From contig NC_087436.1 in the NCBI RefSeq assembly GCF_036321535.1, positions 34,412,001 to 34,476,000 on the forward strand: 64,000 nt of DNA, written 5' to 3'. A program made the translations under genes and the position numbers. This DNA is from Camelus dromedarius. Taxonomy: Eukaryota. How positions within the stretch are numbered: position 1 is the first letter of the stretch; each line of letters begins with the position of its first letter. The notes under the pieces were generated by a model, which worked only from the letters and a program-made list of their open reading frames with translations, made no database searches and was not told the origin of the DNA. Below, piece by piece: positions 38,746-50,800 of the stretch.

Positions 38746-40058
38746 TATTACCAAGGCTGTTGCCCCAGAATCATACCTCTGCCCCTCCCTCAAATGGAAT
38801 CCAATTGCCTTTATCTAAGTTTCAGGAGGAAGCTGCAAAGACAAAAACAAGAACTGGTTAGAACCACATAGGCCCAATATGGTGAAGATTTAACTTCCAG
38901 TAGACCTTGAGCCTCATTATACCTTCATTGTAATACATCATCATGCTAAATGACACACCCACCAGCTCCATGAAAGTTCACAATTGCCATGACAATACAA
39001 GGACTGAAAAGGACTGTTGCATCAGTTCCTGGTCCAAACCACAGCCTGGCTCTCAGATAAGTCATGAACATTCCTCCCTCTCTTTCCAATTCCCTCCCTT
39101 TTTTTTTTTTTTTTTTAACATTTTTTATTGATTTATAATCATTTTCCAATGTTGTGTCAAATTCCAGTGTTCAGCACAATTTTTCAGTTATTCATGGACA
39201 TATACACACTCATTGTCACATTTTTTTCTCTGTGAGTTATCATAACATTTTGTGTATATTTCCCTGTGCTATACAGTGTAGTCTATTCTACAATTTTGAA
39301 ATCCCAGTCTATCCCTTCCCACCCTCCACCTCCCTGGTAACCACAAGTCTGTATTCTCTGTCTGTGAGTCTATTTCTATCCTTTATTTACGCTTTGTTTT
39401 TGTTTGTTTGTTTGTTTTTGTTTTTTAGATTCCACATATGAGCGATCTCATATGGTATTTTTCTTTCTCTTTCTGGCTTACTTCACTTAGAATGACATTC
39501 TCCAGGAGCATCCATGTTGCTGCAAATGGCATTATGTTGTCGGTTTTTATGGCTGAGTAGTATTCCATTGTATAAATATACCACCTCTTCTTTATCCAGT
39601 CACCTGTTGATGGACATTTAGGCTGTTTCCATGTTTTGGCTATTGTAAATAGTGCTGCTGTGAACATTGGGGTCCAGGTGTCATCCTGAAGTAGATTTCC
39701 TTCTGGATACAAGCCCAGGAGTGGGATTCCTGGGTCATATGGTAAGTCTATTTGCAAGTGAAACCGACAAAGGCTTGATCTCCAGAATATATAAGCAGCT
39801 CATACGACAATTCCCTCCCTTTTACCTGGACTCTCTTATATGTGTGGTGTCTCAGCCCAAATCAGGTTGAGAAGTTGATTTTTGAACCACGGTCCTGCTT
39901 CTCCATTCTTTGGCCTTTGAATAGAGCTTGTGCTGTTTCAGTCTCAGCATTGGTTTTGTTCTTGGCTATGGGAATCTGGAAGGGAAAAGACCAGGGGTCT
40001 CAGGGGTCTTGGCCTGGTCTAGGACCCAGGTGTTGGTCTAGGGACCAATTCAGTAACA
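38746..40058 (+). mobile_element. ERV1-class solo LTR inserted in MLT1 and split by L1
   Basis: Ends tattacc...gtaaca (degenerate tgttac/gtaaca inverted termini), attt/agtt flanks; LTR sequence resumes after the L1 TSD. Confidence 0.65.
39103..39807 (-). mobile_element. Young camelid L1, 5'-truncated with 5' inversion
   Basis: Poly(T) 39099-39116; stop-free ORF2 C-terminus 39425-39757 (LPYDPGIPLLGLYP...WKQPKCPS...TMEYYSAIK...SLICGI*); + strand ORF2 piece FASETDKGLISRIYKQLIR at 39751-39807; TSD caattccctccctttt at 39087-39102 and 39808-39823. Confidence 0.95.
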
Positions 40059-40277
40059 AGTTGAGTGAGAAAGACAACTTGGATCTTTAATGCAGTGCAA
40101 CCTTCAAATGGTGCCAGTCCCACCATCCACCTGCATGTAAACTCCATGAGAGACTTCTAGTGAGAACCATCCAGTTGAGCCCTGTCAACCCTCCAAACTG
40201 TGAAAGATAATAATACTTTGTTGTGTAAGCATCTATGTTTGAGATGGCATATTATACAAAAATAGATAACTGAAACA
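40059..40277 (+). mobile_element. MLT1 LTR, 3' part
   Basis: gagaaccatccagttgagccctgtcaaccc...gtaagcatctatgtttgagatggcatattatacaaaatagataactgaaaca is the canonical MLT1 3' end. Confidence 0.8.
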
Positions 40278-41944
40278 ACTTGATACCAAATGTGAAGGTT
40301 ATAATCGCTTTTTAGAAACCAGTTGTTGCAAATAGACATAAGTATACAAATAGTGATTGGAAATATATATCATCCTATCTCTAAAATTACACACATCTTA
40401 GGTTTCTTGGTAGTGAAGTACAGATGGAATAAACACACCTAGTCTGGGGAGGAACAAAGACATAAAATTAAATGTTATTTCATTAATAATTCAAGGAAAA
40501 GTCAACAAAAATACTAAGATTCAGAAGTTATAAAAGAAAAGCTATTGAATTTTTCCCTCTGAGAGGCTGCCAGAGAAAGAAACATTTTCTCATGCTTTCC
40601 TTTTTCTGTTTAAAAGTTTCTGAGAAGTTATTTGATTTCCAGCTGAGAGATATGCTTAAATAAATGATTGTGAGTATCAAGAATGAGCATATGCCCTTTA
40701 GCGTTCACTGTTTCTAAGACCTCAGGTAACTTTGGCAGCAGAATAGTAGATTGCACATTCCTCTTGGAAGGCATTGAACATACAGTCTTAAAAACATTCT
40801 CTTCTGTTCAGGAGAAATTTTATTATACAAAATAACAAGTGATAGGAGGGAATTCAAAGCTCAAAATACAATTTTACATTTCTCCTGATGAATCTGCTTG
40901 AAGATTTCAGTTTAAATAAAAAATTAAGCCTGTGTGATGGAATAACTTTTCAAAGAAATTTTATTAAATTCAATTTTAAAAACATTTTAAAGAAAGCTAA
41001 TCTATTTTATACTTAAACCTATTTGTGTTCCAAAGACATGAAATTTCTATGTTATTAATATTATTTAACTCTATTAAAATTATTTCAAAATCTCTCAATG
41101 TCTATATTGTTAGGTTTATAGCAGCCTTTGGCATATTAATATTGAAAGTGATGGGTTGGCTTAAAATTGAAGACATATTCCAAATTCCAATGAGTATTTC
41201 AGTATGTGACAACTGTTTTCTTAGAATTTTGACTGATGGATCGAGAAAATTGTGATTCTGAATCAAATGTAATTTGTTGATTTCCAACTGTTGTCTCTTT
41301 TACTCTGCTTTCTGCTTCTAACACGAGCAGATGATGGGAATATAAAATTATTTTTTCTCAGAAGTGAATGTTTCAAAATTTATTTTTAAAGATATGTTCA
41401 GAATCTTTAACCTTAATATATTCACAAAATAGCACTCCTGCAAAGACAAACAAAAAATTTTTTGTAGATAATGTTTGGAATTAACTTCAGAACAAGATTG
41501 GTTTTGAAGAAAACAGTGCTTTATTGTTACAGCTAATGCTCTGGACTAACTACCTTTAAAACTCTGTTGCTTGTAAAACAACCCACAAACCAAACAGCCA
41601 ACAAGTAACCATAACAAAAAAACAAAAAAGAGCTCTAGTTGTGAATCCCTGTACTGTGAACTTGTGTTTCTGCTTAGCTAAGCAAACTCTATAAACATTT
41701 AGAAAGCTGTTTCTTCGTTATAAGTCACAGATATAGAAATCAAGTACCTATATTTTCAGAACTTGCCCCAGAGTTACCAGAGAAGAAATAGTTCTTTTGT
41801 AAAACTACAGCGTGCATAAACAAAAGTCATGACTGGTGCCCTCAAATATGTTTCTAAGGGTTTTATATTTATCCAATCATCCTGAAAATACCCCCTTTAC
41901 ATAGTGACTGACTCAAGTTTACTCTGATCTGCTATTACAAAGGT

Positions 41945-42860
41945 TTTGTGTCCCCAGTTATAACTGCAAGAATCCACCTTTATGCAACTCATAATTCCAG
42001 CAAAAGCTACTCCAGCAATAACAATGAAAAAAAGATAATGTGAGGTGGAGCTGTGGCCTTAATGAATTGTTTTCAAACTTCTAAATTAAACTTCAGTATA
42101 AAAGGGGACTGTGTACAACATTCTGTTGTGAACATCAAAAAATCAATCTCTTTTGCTAGTGTGGAAGGATAAGGAGCCTGTGCTGTCCTGCAGATGGGTT
42201 GTTTCATGTAGACTATAACCTTCCCGGTTTTCACAGTTCTTACAGAGGAGTGGGATACCATTGTGAAAGTTTGGATAAGATTCATATTCACAAATTTCTC
42301 AAGCTCAGTTGAGGCAGATAAAGATCCCTTTTATGACACTGCAGTATGTTGCAAGTAACCATGCCATGTCCTTACAGCTTGTGTCAGAAGTTCTTTGAGT
42401 CATATTGAAAGGTTATTACCAAGAATACCCTCCACTTAGAATATTCTCCACTGAAGAGATGTGTCGAGATTGTTATGAAACTCCAGAAGGACAAGAAGTG
42501 ATGATACAAAAAAGGTGATCTTGGATATGTTGTCATATGCGGCTCAAGGGATCAGAATTCCTTCCTACTTTTCAAGTTTGTGTGTGGACATACTTAGGAC
42601 TTTGGTGTATCTGGAAACAGTTATGTTACCAAGTTTAGAAAAAAGTTATAAAAAAAGTAAGTGCATGGATGGCTGTAAAGATTGCCAAGAAACTAATTGA
42701 CTACCATGAAGATATCAAGGAATTTTACTGGTACATAGTTCAGTTTCCTATACGTTGTTTTTATGAGGTAGGCCATCAGCACCTTGACTGCTTCTAGCAT
42801 CTGATGGATAATCAGAACCTCCTACAACAATTTAAATTGAAGGAATAGTGGAAGACTTGA
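41945..42860 (+). pseudogene. Degenerate pogo-superfamily transposase (HTH + DDE_1), POGZ/POGK-like; many stops and frameshifts
   Basis: Colinear motifs across frames: RIHLYA (41969), NVRW (42037), KSISF (42140), WVVSCR/NLP (42195-42225), FLKLS*GR*RSLL*H (42295), QEYPPLRIFSTEE (42420), MLSYAAQGIRIPSYF (42527), SAWM (42660), GILLVHS (42719), AISTLTA (42772), LKE*WK (42837). Confidence 0.6.
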
Positions 42861-43339
42861 GATCTTCTTACCATTTTCTCCTACAGTGTCTACGATGGTA
42901 CAGGATACTTTGCCCTTCAGGGAAATGAAACACAGTAATCTTCAAATCAGTGTGGAGAAAAGTCTCATTCTCTCCTGAAACAAAGACTAAAACCCTGAAG
43001 AGAAATGTGGAACAACTTATAACAAATTACAAAACACACAAATGTGCCACAATAAAGCCTCTCAAAGCCCCAATTTCATTAGGACAGGAAAATAATCTAA
43101 TCATATTGTGGGTCTTTTGAAGGTGCATTTATGACCCTTACATTTAGTCTTCTAATTATAAACTTACAAGTATAATAGGAGGACATTAATTCTATTACAG
43201 AGTTATACCATCTGTTTCAACATTACAATTTTTGGAATTATTTAGATAATTAAGTCTTTGATGAGAATATACTTTATTGTTCTAAAAACTATATTAGGTT
43301 AAATCTGTTCAAATTCCCCACACTAGCACTAAATAAGAC

Positions 43340-43525
43340 AGTAGTTGAGGGCACAGGCTCTGGCAAAGACCCCCATGTTTCAGGTCTCAGTTCTACCATT
43401 TTCCAGCTGTGTAATCTTGGGAAACTGCTGAGCTTCTCTAAGTTTCAGCTCTTTCCTGTGTAAAACAGGAATAACAAAATCCTACTTGGTAGATAATGAG
43501 AGTGCACTAAGTAACAGTTAATATT
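43340..43525 (+). mobile_element. MIR
   Basis: gtagttgagggcacaggctctgg...ccagctgtgtaatcttgggaaactgctgagcttctctaagtttcagctctttcctgtgtaaaacaggaataac. Confidence 0.8.
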
Positions 43526-44419
43526 ACTCTACACTCAAAGCAAAACACTAATAACACGTCAGCACTCATGTTTTCCTTAACGTAAAATCACTTAGAAATC
43601 AATGCTATTTTGCTACAGTTATCAAAAGAAAACCTTTTGGGCAATAAGTACACAAATCAAAGCAGTTCTGCTACTACAGAATAATTTAAAATTTAGATGT
43701 CTAAGATGACAATCTAACCTCCACACAAGGGAACAATGTATTATGAACTAAGGTGCAGTACACAGTGCTTTGTTTCCAAACCTTGTGATCCATTTCAAAT
43801 CCTAATGGGACCTATATAGAAAAAATAAATGTGTCCACTCTAGCACAGTATGTGGCACTGAATAGTTGCTCAAATGTTGGTTGGAGATAGGAAGGAAAGA
43901 AGGAAAGGAGGAAGGAGGGAAGAGCAACCTCAGACTTTACAGTTACAATGGCCATTCTAATTCTTTCACCAGGGTTTGCCATAAATTCCCCAAGGGTATC
44001 TTTTCCCAGTAACATAGGATCTTATGTATCTTGTGGCCCAAAACACCAGACTGCTTATGCTGTAGCCTAGATTAGCTTTAGAGATACTCCCTGCTCTGGG
44101 TCCCACTCAGACCTATCAGCTGTCAGCTTTCATGTCTTCCAATACATGGGCTGTAGAAGCACCTGTGGTCTGAATTCTTGGACTACTTCTGGTTCCAACT
44201 GGCACAAGCTGGGTTCTACAGAGGTAGGTGATAAGATGGAGTTTGATGTGCAAGATATGGGATGCCCTACAAAGGGGGTGGGCTCTGGGTGGGGTGGCTC
44301 ACTGAGGTTGAGTAGACTCTGAAGGGGTTGATGGTTGGAAGAGTCAAACAGCTGGGCAGCTGACTGAAAGAAAAACTAAGACTGCCACACCTGTCTTAGA
44401 CCGTTTGCTCAGTGTATTT

Positions 44420-44940
44420 CCTAAGCGTGGAAGGCTGTTTCCCTGACTTATTGTAGGACTGGTTCCTGTTCATGCTTCAGGTATTAGCTAAAATGTCACT
44501 GGTTTAGATAGGCCATTCTAGGCCAAACAATTTAAAGCAGATTAACATTCTTTCCTTTCATTCTTTATAATAACAGTCCTTTTTTTTTTTCTTTTTTCTG
44601 TTCATGCTACTCACTATAATTTTTAATTACAGATTTATTTGTCCACCTCTTTGTTGTCTTTCTCAAGTAACCTGGAACTTCCTGAGGTCAGAGCTCATGC
44701 AGAACACAGGCCAGATAGGGCCGCTTCCATCATTCGCTAGGCCTGGTGCACAGTGAATATGTGGAGCTCCTTGTTCAGAAATTACTAAGAATTAAAAGAC
44801 AGCAAAAGCACAGCATTAAACCGTGTGTGAGGTACTTCTGAGAATGGGACCCTGAGTCATGAAAGGCTTGTACACCCTCAAAGCCAGCCCTGGAGCTGGC
44901 AGATGTCAGGAACTCACTGTGTATATGTTGAATGAAATGT
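44420..44940 (+). mobile_element. L2 3' fragment interrupted by MER45A
   Basis: catgcttcaggtattagctaaaatgtcact...aacttcctgaggtcagag...gtatatgttgaatgaa. Confidence 0.55.
44716..44892 (-). mobile_element. MER45A-like (hAT-Tip100) MITE
   Basis: ctccttgttcagaaattactaagaatt...cagcattaaacc...aagccagccctg; termini tagggccgct/agccagccctg. Confidence 0.75.
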
Positions 44941-45279
44941 TATTAAAAGGATCCATAACCCCAAAAGATTTAAAATCACGATTGTAAATGACTTTTCTCT
45001 GTCAATGTCCTATCAGTTATTTTAAAAAAAATTTTTATTCATAAATCCATTTTCTGAAAAAAATTTAAATGAGACAAACATTTTTCATTTTGAGCTTCAC
45101 AGATAATTTCAATACATGCTAAAATCATAAGAATTTAAAACTAAATATACTGAGGAATTTTAAAAAATCATTTATACTCAGATCCTAAAAAAGAAAGTTG
45201 CCCATAATTATTATTAGCATGTAATTATACTAATCAGAAATGTTATTTTCCTATGAAAAATTAATATTTGTGTTGATAT

Positions 45280-45560
45280 ATTAAAGTATCACGATTTCCA
45301 TCGTTAGTGAAGTGCTGAAAATCAAATGTGTTTGAAACGTTTGTGTGCTTAGTATATTTTGAGTCCTTCCACTGACAGAAATTTCATTAAAAATAATTTC
45401 TTAAATTTTGTTTGAAATCTCAAGTTGCTAAAGTGATCAAAGTTTCTGAGAAGAGGTTCAGTCATAATGCTGTAACTTGTCTTTGAAAAAAACATACATT
45501 TAAAAGGAGAGCAAAGCAACTCTACTTGAATCACAGAAAGAGGTGACATGTAGGATAATT
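45280..45560 (-). mobile_element. hAT-Charlie transposase C-terminal relic, tentative
   Basis: Minus frames RFQTKFKKLFLMKFLSV...FSAL resemble the hAT dimerisation domain (LK.KF...L.EFW.SV...GFSAL). Confidence 0.3.
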
Positions 45561-46429
45561 GCATTTTGAAACACAGAGAAAATTTCTTCTATGTTCATTA
45601 AAGTTAATATTCTAAACTCAGAAGAGTTTCCAACTTCAATCAAAGCTTTAATAGTCCATGTAATTAAACTATATTTCAAGCCTATAATAGGATTATGAAG
45701 GAAAACCCACTTTGTTTTAGCTGTTTTGCAATGTATTATAAGACAATAGTGTTTGTTTCAGTGTACTTGAGAGTTCTTTAACATGTCTTAACTATTCCAG
45801 AAAATTAGCTATGAGCCTTTTGACTATAATATCATCTAAATGTACATCCTAATTTAAAGGAGATAAGAGATCCTGGGAATTCTTTCCAGAAATAAAATAG
45901 CTGACAGTTTGGTTAAAACTAATGAGAAGGAAATCACATCTCTTTACATTTTTAACAAATATAATTTCAGCTTTTGGGCGTCAAGGCAGTGCCTTCAAAA
46001 TTGCTAAAATGAGAACATTTTCTTGGTTCATTTATTTAGCTGTGTTGATGACAACCCTGGCAATGTTATCTTTAAATCTTATCTGCAAGCAATATTCTGC
46101 AGAAACCATGTTAAAAATGCTGTGGAAATAAGATGAAAGTTAGTAGTGTCTACTGGTTTGTTCCACTGAGAAAAAGAAAAGTGCTCCTGTGTTATGCAGG
46201 CATGTGTGCTAAGTATTCACTTTGCATCTATATAATATTTAATAAGTTTTTTGGTTTATTAAAATTTTATGGAGTTCTAAGAAGATTAGTCATATTCAAT
46301 AGGAAGCCCATAGTCCTTTTTTAAGTTACTTTTTGTCACTAGAAGAAAATACAGACTTTGTAAGATTCAATGTTTTGTGTAATATTTTATAGTTAATTAA
46401 AATACTGGGTTCACTGAGGCAGGATAAGA

Positions 46430-46630
46430 ATAACATAGTTAATATCACTGATGCTCAAGTCCCACTCTGGGTATATACTTGACTTCACGGAGTAAGTGTG
46501 TGAACTGGGTTATTTAGCCTGGGTAACTTGATTTCCTCATGTCTCAAAGTTTTATGAAGTTTTTTTATTTCAATGTGTGTAAAGTACTGAAGACAGTGTA
46601 GTAAATGCTTGATAAATATTAATTAATAGT
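46430..46630 (+). mobile_element. MIR
   Basis: gtgtgtgaactgggttatttagcc...tttcctcat...tgtgtgtaaagtactgaagacagtg...aaatgcttgataaatatt. Confidence 0.55.
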
Positions 46631-47426
46631 AATATTAAAATACCAAAAATGCACTCTAGTCCCATAAAAAAGAACTATGAAAATAATATCTCAGGAGCAA
46701 AATATTATCATAAAACTTTCTCAACTCATTCTATGATCTCTTCTGATCATTTGTTGCATTACCTACCTGTTAACAAGCTAGATTTCTGCCTACTTGGGCT
46801 TTGCAGATGAGAAATGAAAGCAAAAAAATACCATTTCAACAGAAGCTTAGGTTGCTCCCCATGAATGACATAACTGGAGACAATGATTTACCTGTTCACT
46901 GAATCATTCAACAAATATTCTTTAAGCATCTTCTAGGTGCTAGGCATAAGTGCCCTTTCAAATCATATTAGAAAATAAGGCAAAAGAAAAGATATATATT
47001 CTTAAATTGGTGTTTATATGCAATGTCATGATTAATTTTTTCAGAACATTATAGCAATTCAGAAATATTGAAGAATTCTAAAGTAAGTTTATTAAAACTA
47101 ACATTAGGTTTACATATTTTATTTATGTCCCTGAATGAATTTATTATAATTTTAGTCTCCTTCTAATGGAAGTAAACTCATCAACTATAATTTCATAATT
47201 TACTTCTTTGGGAGAGCACGTTGGCATAAGTCACAGGGTTGATATGTGTAAAGACAGTTATATTGTTCTTTATCAAAGACAAGCTGGCCACCCCAGATTG
47301 TTTATTACAAATAACTCACTAATGATGAAGATAATTCATGGTGTGATTTTTATCATAGGGGCCCTCATATTAAATGCTGTCTCACTCAAACATATACTTA
47401 CATATATATGGGAATATATGTGTGTT

Positions 47427-47445
47427 CACACACACACACACACAC
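47427..47445. repeat. (CA)n microsatellite
   Basis: About 9 perfect CA units. Confidence 0.9.
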
Positions 47446-47699
47446 GCAGAAAATTCTATGTAAATTACTACAAGTCACATGTATGCAAACATATCTTTTA
47501 GGCTTAGTAGAAATATATTTATACTCTAGACTTATGTCATTTTAATTTGCAATTGTAAAAATAGCAGTAGACCCTACATTTAATATCGTTGCGAATTCTT
47601 CTCTGAATGATGTTTAACAGTCACTTTGTTGAATATAATGATCTATTGCTCTCCAGTCTCTTACTTGTCTTCATGGCCCTTGGCCTCATCTATTCTATT

Positions 47700-47860
47700 G
47701 CTGTCTGAGTACTTGCTTACCATCCATCCTCTTACACAAACGAAAGTTTCTGGAGGACAGGGGCTTTCTTTTTCTAGTCACTGCTTCGTTCCCAGTGCTG
47801 AGACCTGTGTCTTGCTCATAATAGACATACAATAAAGGTTGATCAATAAACGAATGAAAG
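47700..47860 (+). mobile_element. L2 3' end
   Basis: ggaggacaggggctttc...cactgcttcgttcccagtgctgagac...caataaaggttgatcaataaacgaatgaa. Confidence 0.65.
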
Positions 47861-50800
47861 AACAGCATTCTCTCCTTCCTACGCTTCTTTCCTCTTGCAA
47901 TAGTACTCCAAGTTTTAATGGGAACACCGTTTTCTTACTCTGAATCTTTGCTCTGCCCTGTTTCCAGGGACCTGTGTGCCCTAGCATATCTCTAGTTACA
48001 GTGGTCAATATTGGGGTACAGGGGCCAAGATAGACCAATAAAAGTCAGTGAGAAATGTGGAGTTGTTGATGGGAAGAAGCCATTTCAACTAGACTTGAAT
48101 CTGTTAGCATATGGTCAGAGCTAAATGTCAAGAAAGCTAATAGCGTACTGATGACACTGTTTGCCTGCATATCTAGCCAAGCTAAAGGCAATCTGCATAG
48201 TTATGCCAAGGAATAAATAGTTTTTTTCTTGTTCCTTTTTTTTTTTTGCTTAAGTCATTTTGAATTTGTTGCACTCTCTTGCTATTATTTTCGCAATTGT
48301 TGTATGTGCACAAAATATGATCTGGGACTCTTTCATACCAATGACAGTGCTTTTGCATAAAACCTAAGGTTAAATCCATATCAACTTAGAATTTCTCAAG
48401 GTAAAAACTGAAACAAATGTATACATGAAAAATACATTAAAGTACCATTACACTGTATTTCATTTGAGATTTTAGAGTAAGTATTTTGTTAAAGAGTAAA
48501 GATGGAATTTTAAGAAAAACACTGTATTTGAGAACCAGAAAATGATCCCTTGTATATTAAAGAACATGTGTGATGGTATTTAGAATTTAAATTATGGTGG
48601 ATGGTAGTGCTGCTACCCTGTCCTGGGAATATGAAGGCAGTGATGCAAAACATCAACTCATCGTTTAGCGTCATTATTCATAAAGACAACCAAAACAGTA
48701 TGACAGTATCTGTTGTTATCCTCTCTTTAATCACTTTTATATGGATAGCATGGTCTTTCTAATAAGGACACACACACCATTAACCATTTTGCAGCCCCTA
48801 ATTAGAACAATACATTATGGTACTTGCAACATTTAGCATCGAAGAAATTATGTGATAATTTGCAATCCCCACCATTCTATTAGGGGAGCCATTTTGGAAT
48901 TTAAAAGCATTTCTTCTGTTAGTATAGGGAGAAATAATAATTCCTAGTGAAAATAAGATACTAGATTGAAGTGGTGTGGGGTAGGGCTAGGAAGAGAGTG
49001 AAGGAGGAAGGAAGTGGAAAAGGGAAAGTTTGCGAGAGGAGAGGAAACTTCCCTGTGGGGGACTCTCCCACCTACTAACATAGCCTGTTATACTGTCTGC
49101 TCCATGCAGTCTAAGGAAACAAGGAGCATAAGTGTCATCCTCTGGTCCATCTCTACTGGGAGCTTTGCAAAGATAAGCTTGAACTTTCAAAGAAGTGTAC
49201 ATACCAGCGTGTTTGGGCTGCTTCAGAGCAGGTTTCTCCTGCCATCAGAAGCCATCAGTAGTGATAGAATTTTCCAGGCACCGTCAGAGGTGAGAAAGAC
49301 TCTTACTTCTATACAGAAAGTTCTAACTTGGATTGGGCTTGGAAATTGTATTTCATGAGCTTGTTGGATGGACAGTGGGCTGCAAAAGATACGGCTTTGG
49401 CTCTTCTGATAAGGAACTGAGTGACCTACAGAGTCAACCTCCTCTGGAGGTGGACTTCACTTTGAAAGAAAGGCCTACAAATCTAGCACTAATTCATCAC
49501 AGAAAAGCTGAACGGGTACAAGAGTACATTTTCATACATAGCAAAAGCACTTTCAAAGACACAAAGAAGTCTTAAAAATAGCTCAAAACAAGATTATTGG
49601 CTGGTGTAAAAGGAGCCTGAATTTACCTGAAATGTGAACAAAGAAAAGCTGCTAAAACAACAGTAACTTTGTGGCTCTAATTATTAAATTCCCTGAAACA
49701 TAGTACCGTTCCTCATCCACACTATTCCAAATAAGATTGCAGCACAATATATCCATGGATTATTTTCTTCTGTGTGAAGTTCTGTATTTCTAAATTTTTT
49801 ACAATGGAAACATATTAATTAGGATTTCAGAGATTTTTTTCAAAAAAGTTTTTTCAAATAACTTTCCTTTAAAATGTATTTCTTCTATTATCTTCCACCA
49901 TATACACAGATTTCCAAACTTTTCATATATATTATGTATATGTGAGATCACAAATTTACATCTACCACCATTCAGGTGGGGGAAGCAAGTTAGCTCTAAT
50001 CATTTCTACACTTTATTTAATATTTCTTATGAGCCCTACATCACTGAGTAGTGATTGAGGAGGGAAAGAGATCTTTAAAATGTGCCAATATTTTAGCCTC
50101 TTTCAGTTTACATATTTTTTTTAGTTACAGTCTTCTCTTTGGAATGTCTTCGACTTGAGTAAAATTGTCAAGATAAAAACTGATCCAAATTTACACATGA
50201 AAAAATGTATTAAATTATTGGTTATATTGTAGTCCATTTGCACCTTTAGAACATTGTGTTTAACATAAGGGTAAAGACGGATAGTGTCAGTTTCCCCAGG
50301 TTTTTCTGTAAGATGATATTCAGGTAGATGGGATTTTCATAATTTTGTGTAGAAAGGAGACCCCCATGCTATCTAGTTTTCAATATGATGATTTCTGTCT
50401 AAGATCCTCTGACTCCAGGGCATCCTTTGTGCTGACCTGCATAATCCTAGATGCCTACTGACTTTGGGGAAGTCCTTGTGCCTTGTATGGCCTTTGTTGA
50501 AATGCCATGGTTATGTTGACCCCTCACTGATCCACTGATCATTTCAGCATTTCCTTATCTCCTCATGAAAGAAGCAGGAACTTCAACCACCAATAATCCT
50601 CACCCCACTGCAGGCTATGGGAACCAAGAATATGGCTTCCGATTCATCTGTCCACCTTCATCTGGGCTTGTCTGTCTTCTTTAAGGGTTTGTTCTGCAAC
50701 ACAAAGTATGTTTGAGAAACAGGTCTGTAGCTTTGATGCCCACGGGTGCCCCATAATTTTTCTCTAGGTGTTGACTAGCTCCAGGATTGATTTACAAGAC

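Noticed and set aside
39425..39757. 110-aa ORF as a host gene
   Set aside because: It is the C-terminus of L1 ORF2 in a truncated insertion.
42211..42475. Endogenous bornavirus glycoprotein-like element (LPGFHSS..YHC, DPF....CC, QEYPP..DC resemble BDV G motifs)
   Set aside because: Only three short patches match and the expected cysteine/tryptophan framework is missing. The pogo reading explains about 11 colinear motifs over 900 bp. A tBLASTn search with bornaviral G would settle it.
42230..42490. WD40 pseudogene (TVLTEEWDTIVKVW; PLAA-like CRD) or Harbinger motif (LPGF...YRGV.YH)
   Set aside because: Isolated motif look-alikes with inconsistent spacing and no supporting neighbouring motifs.
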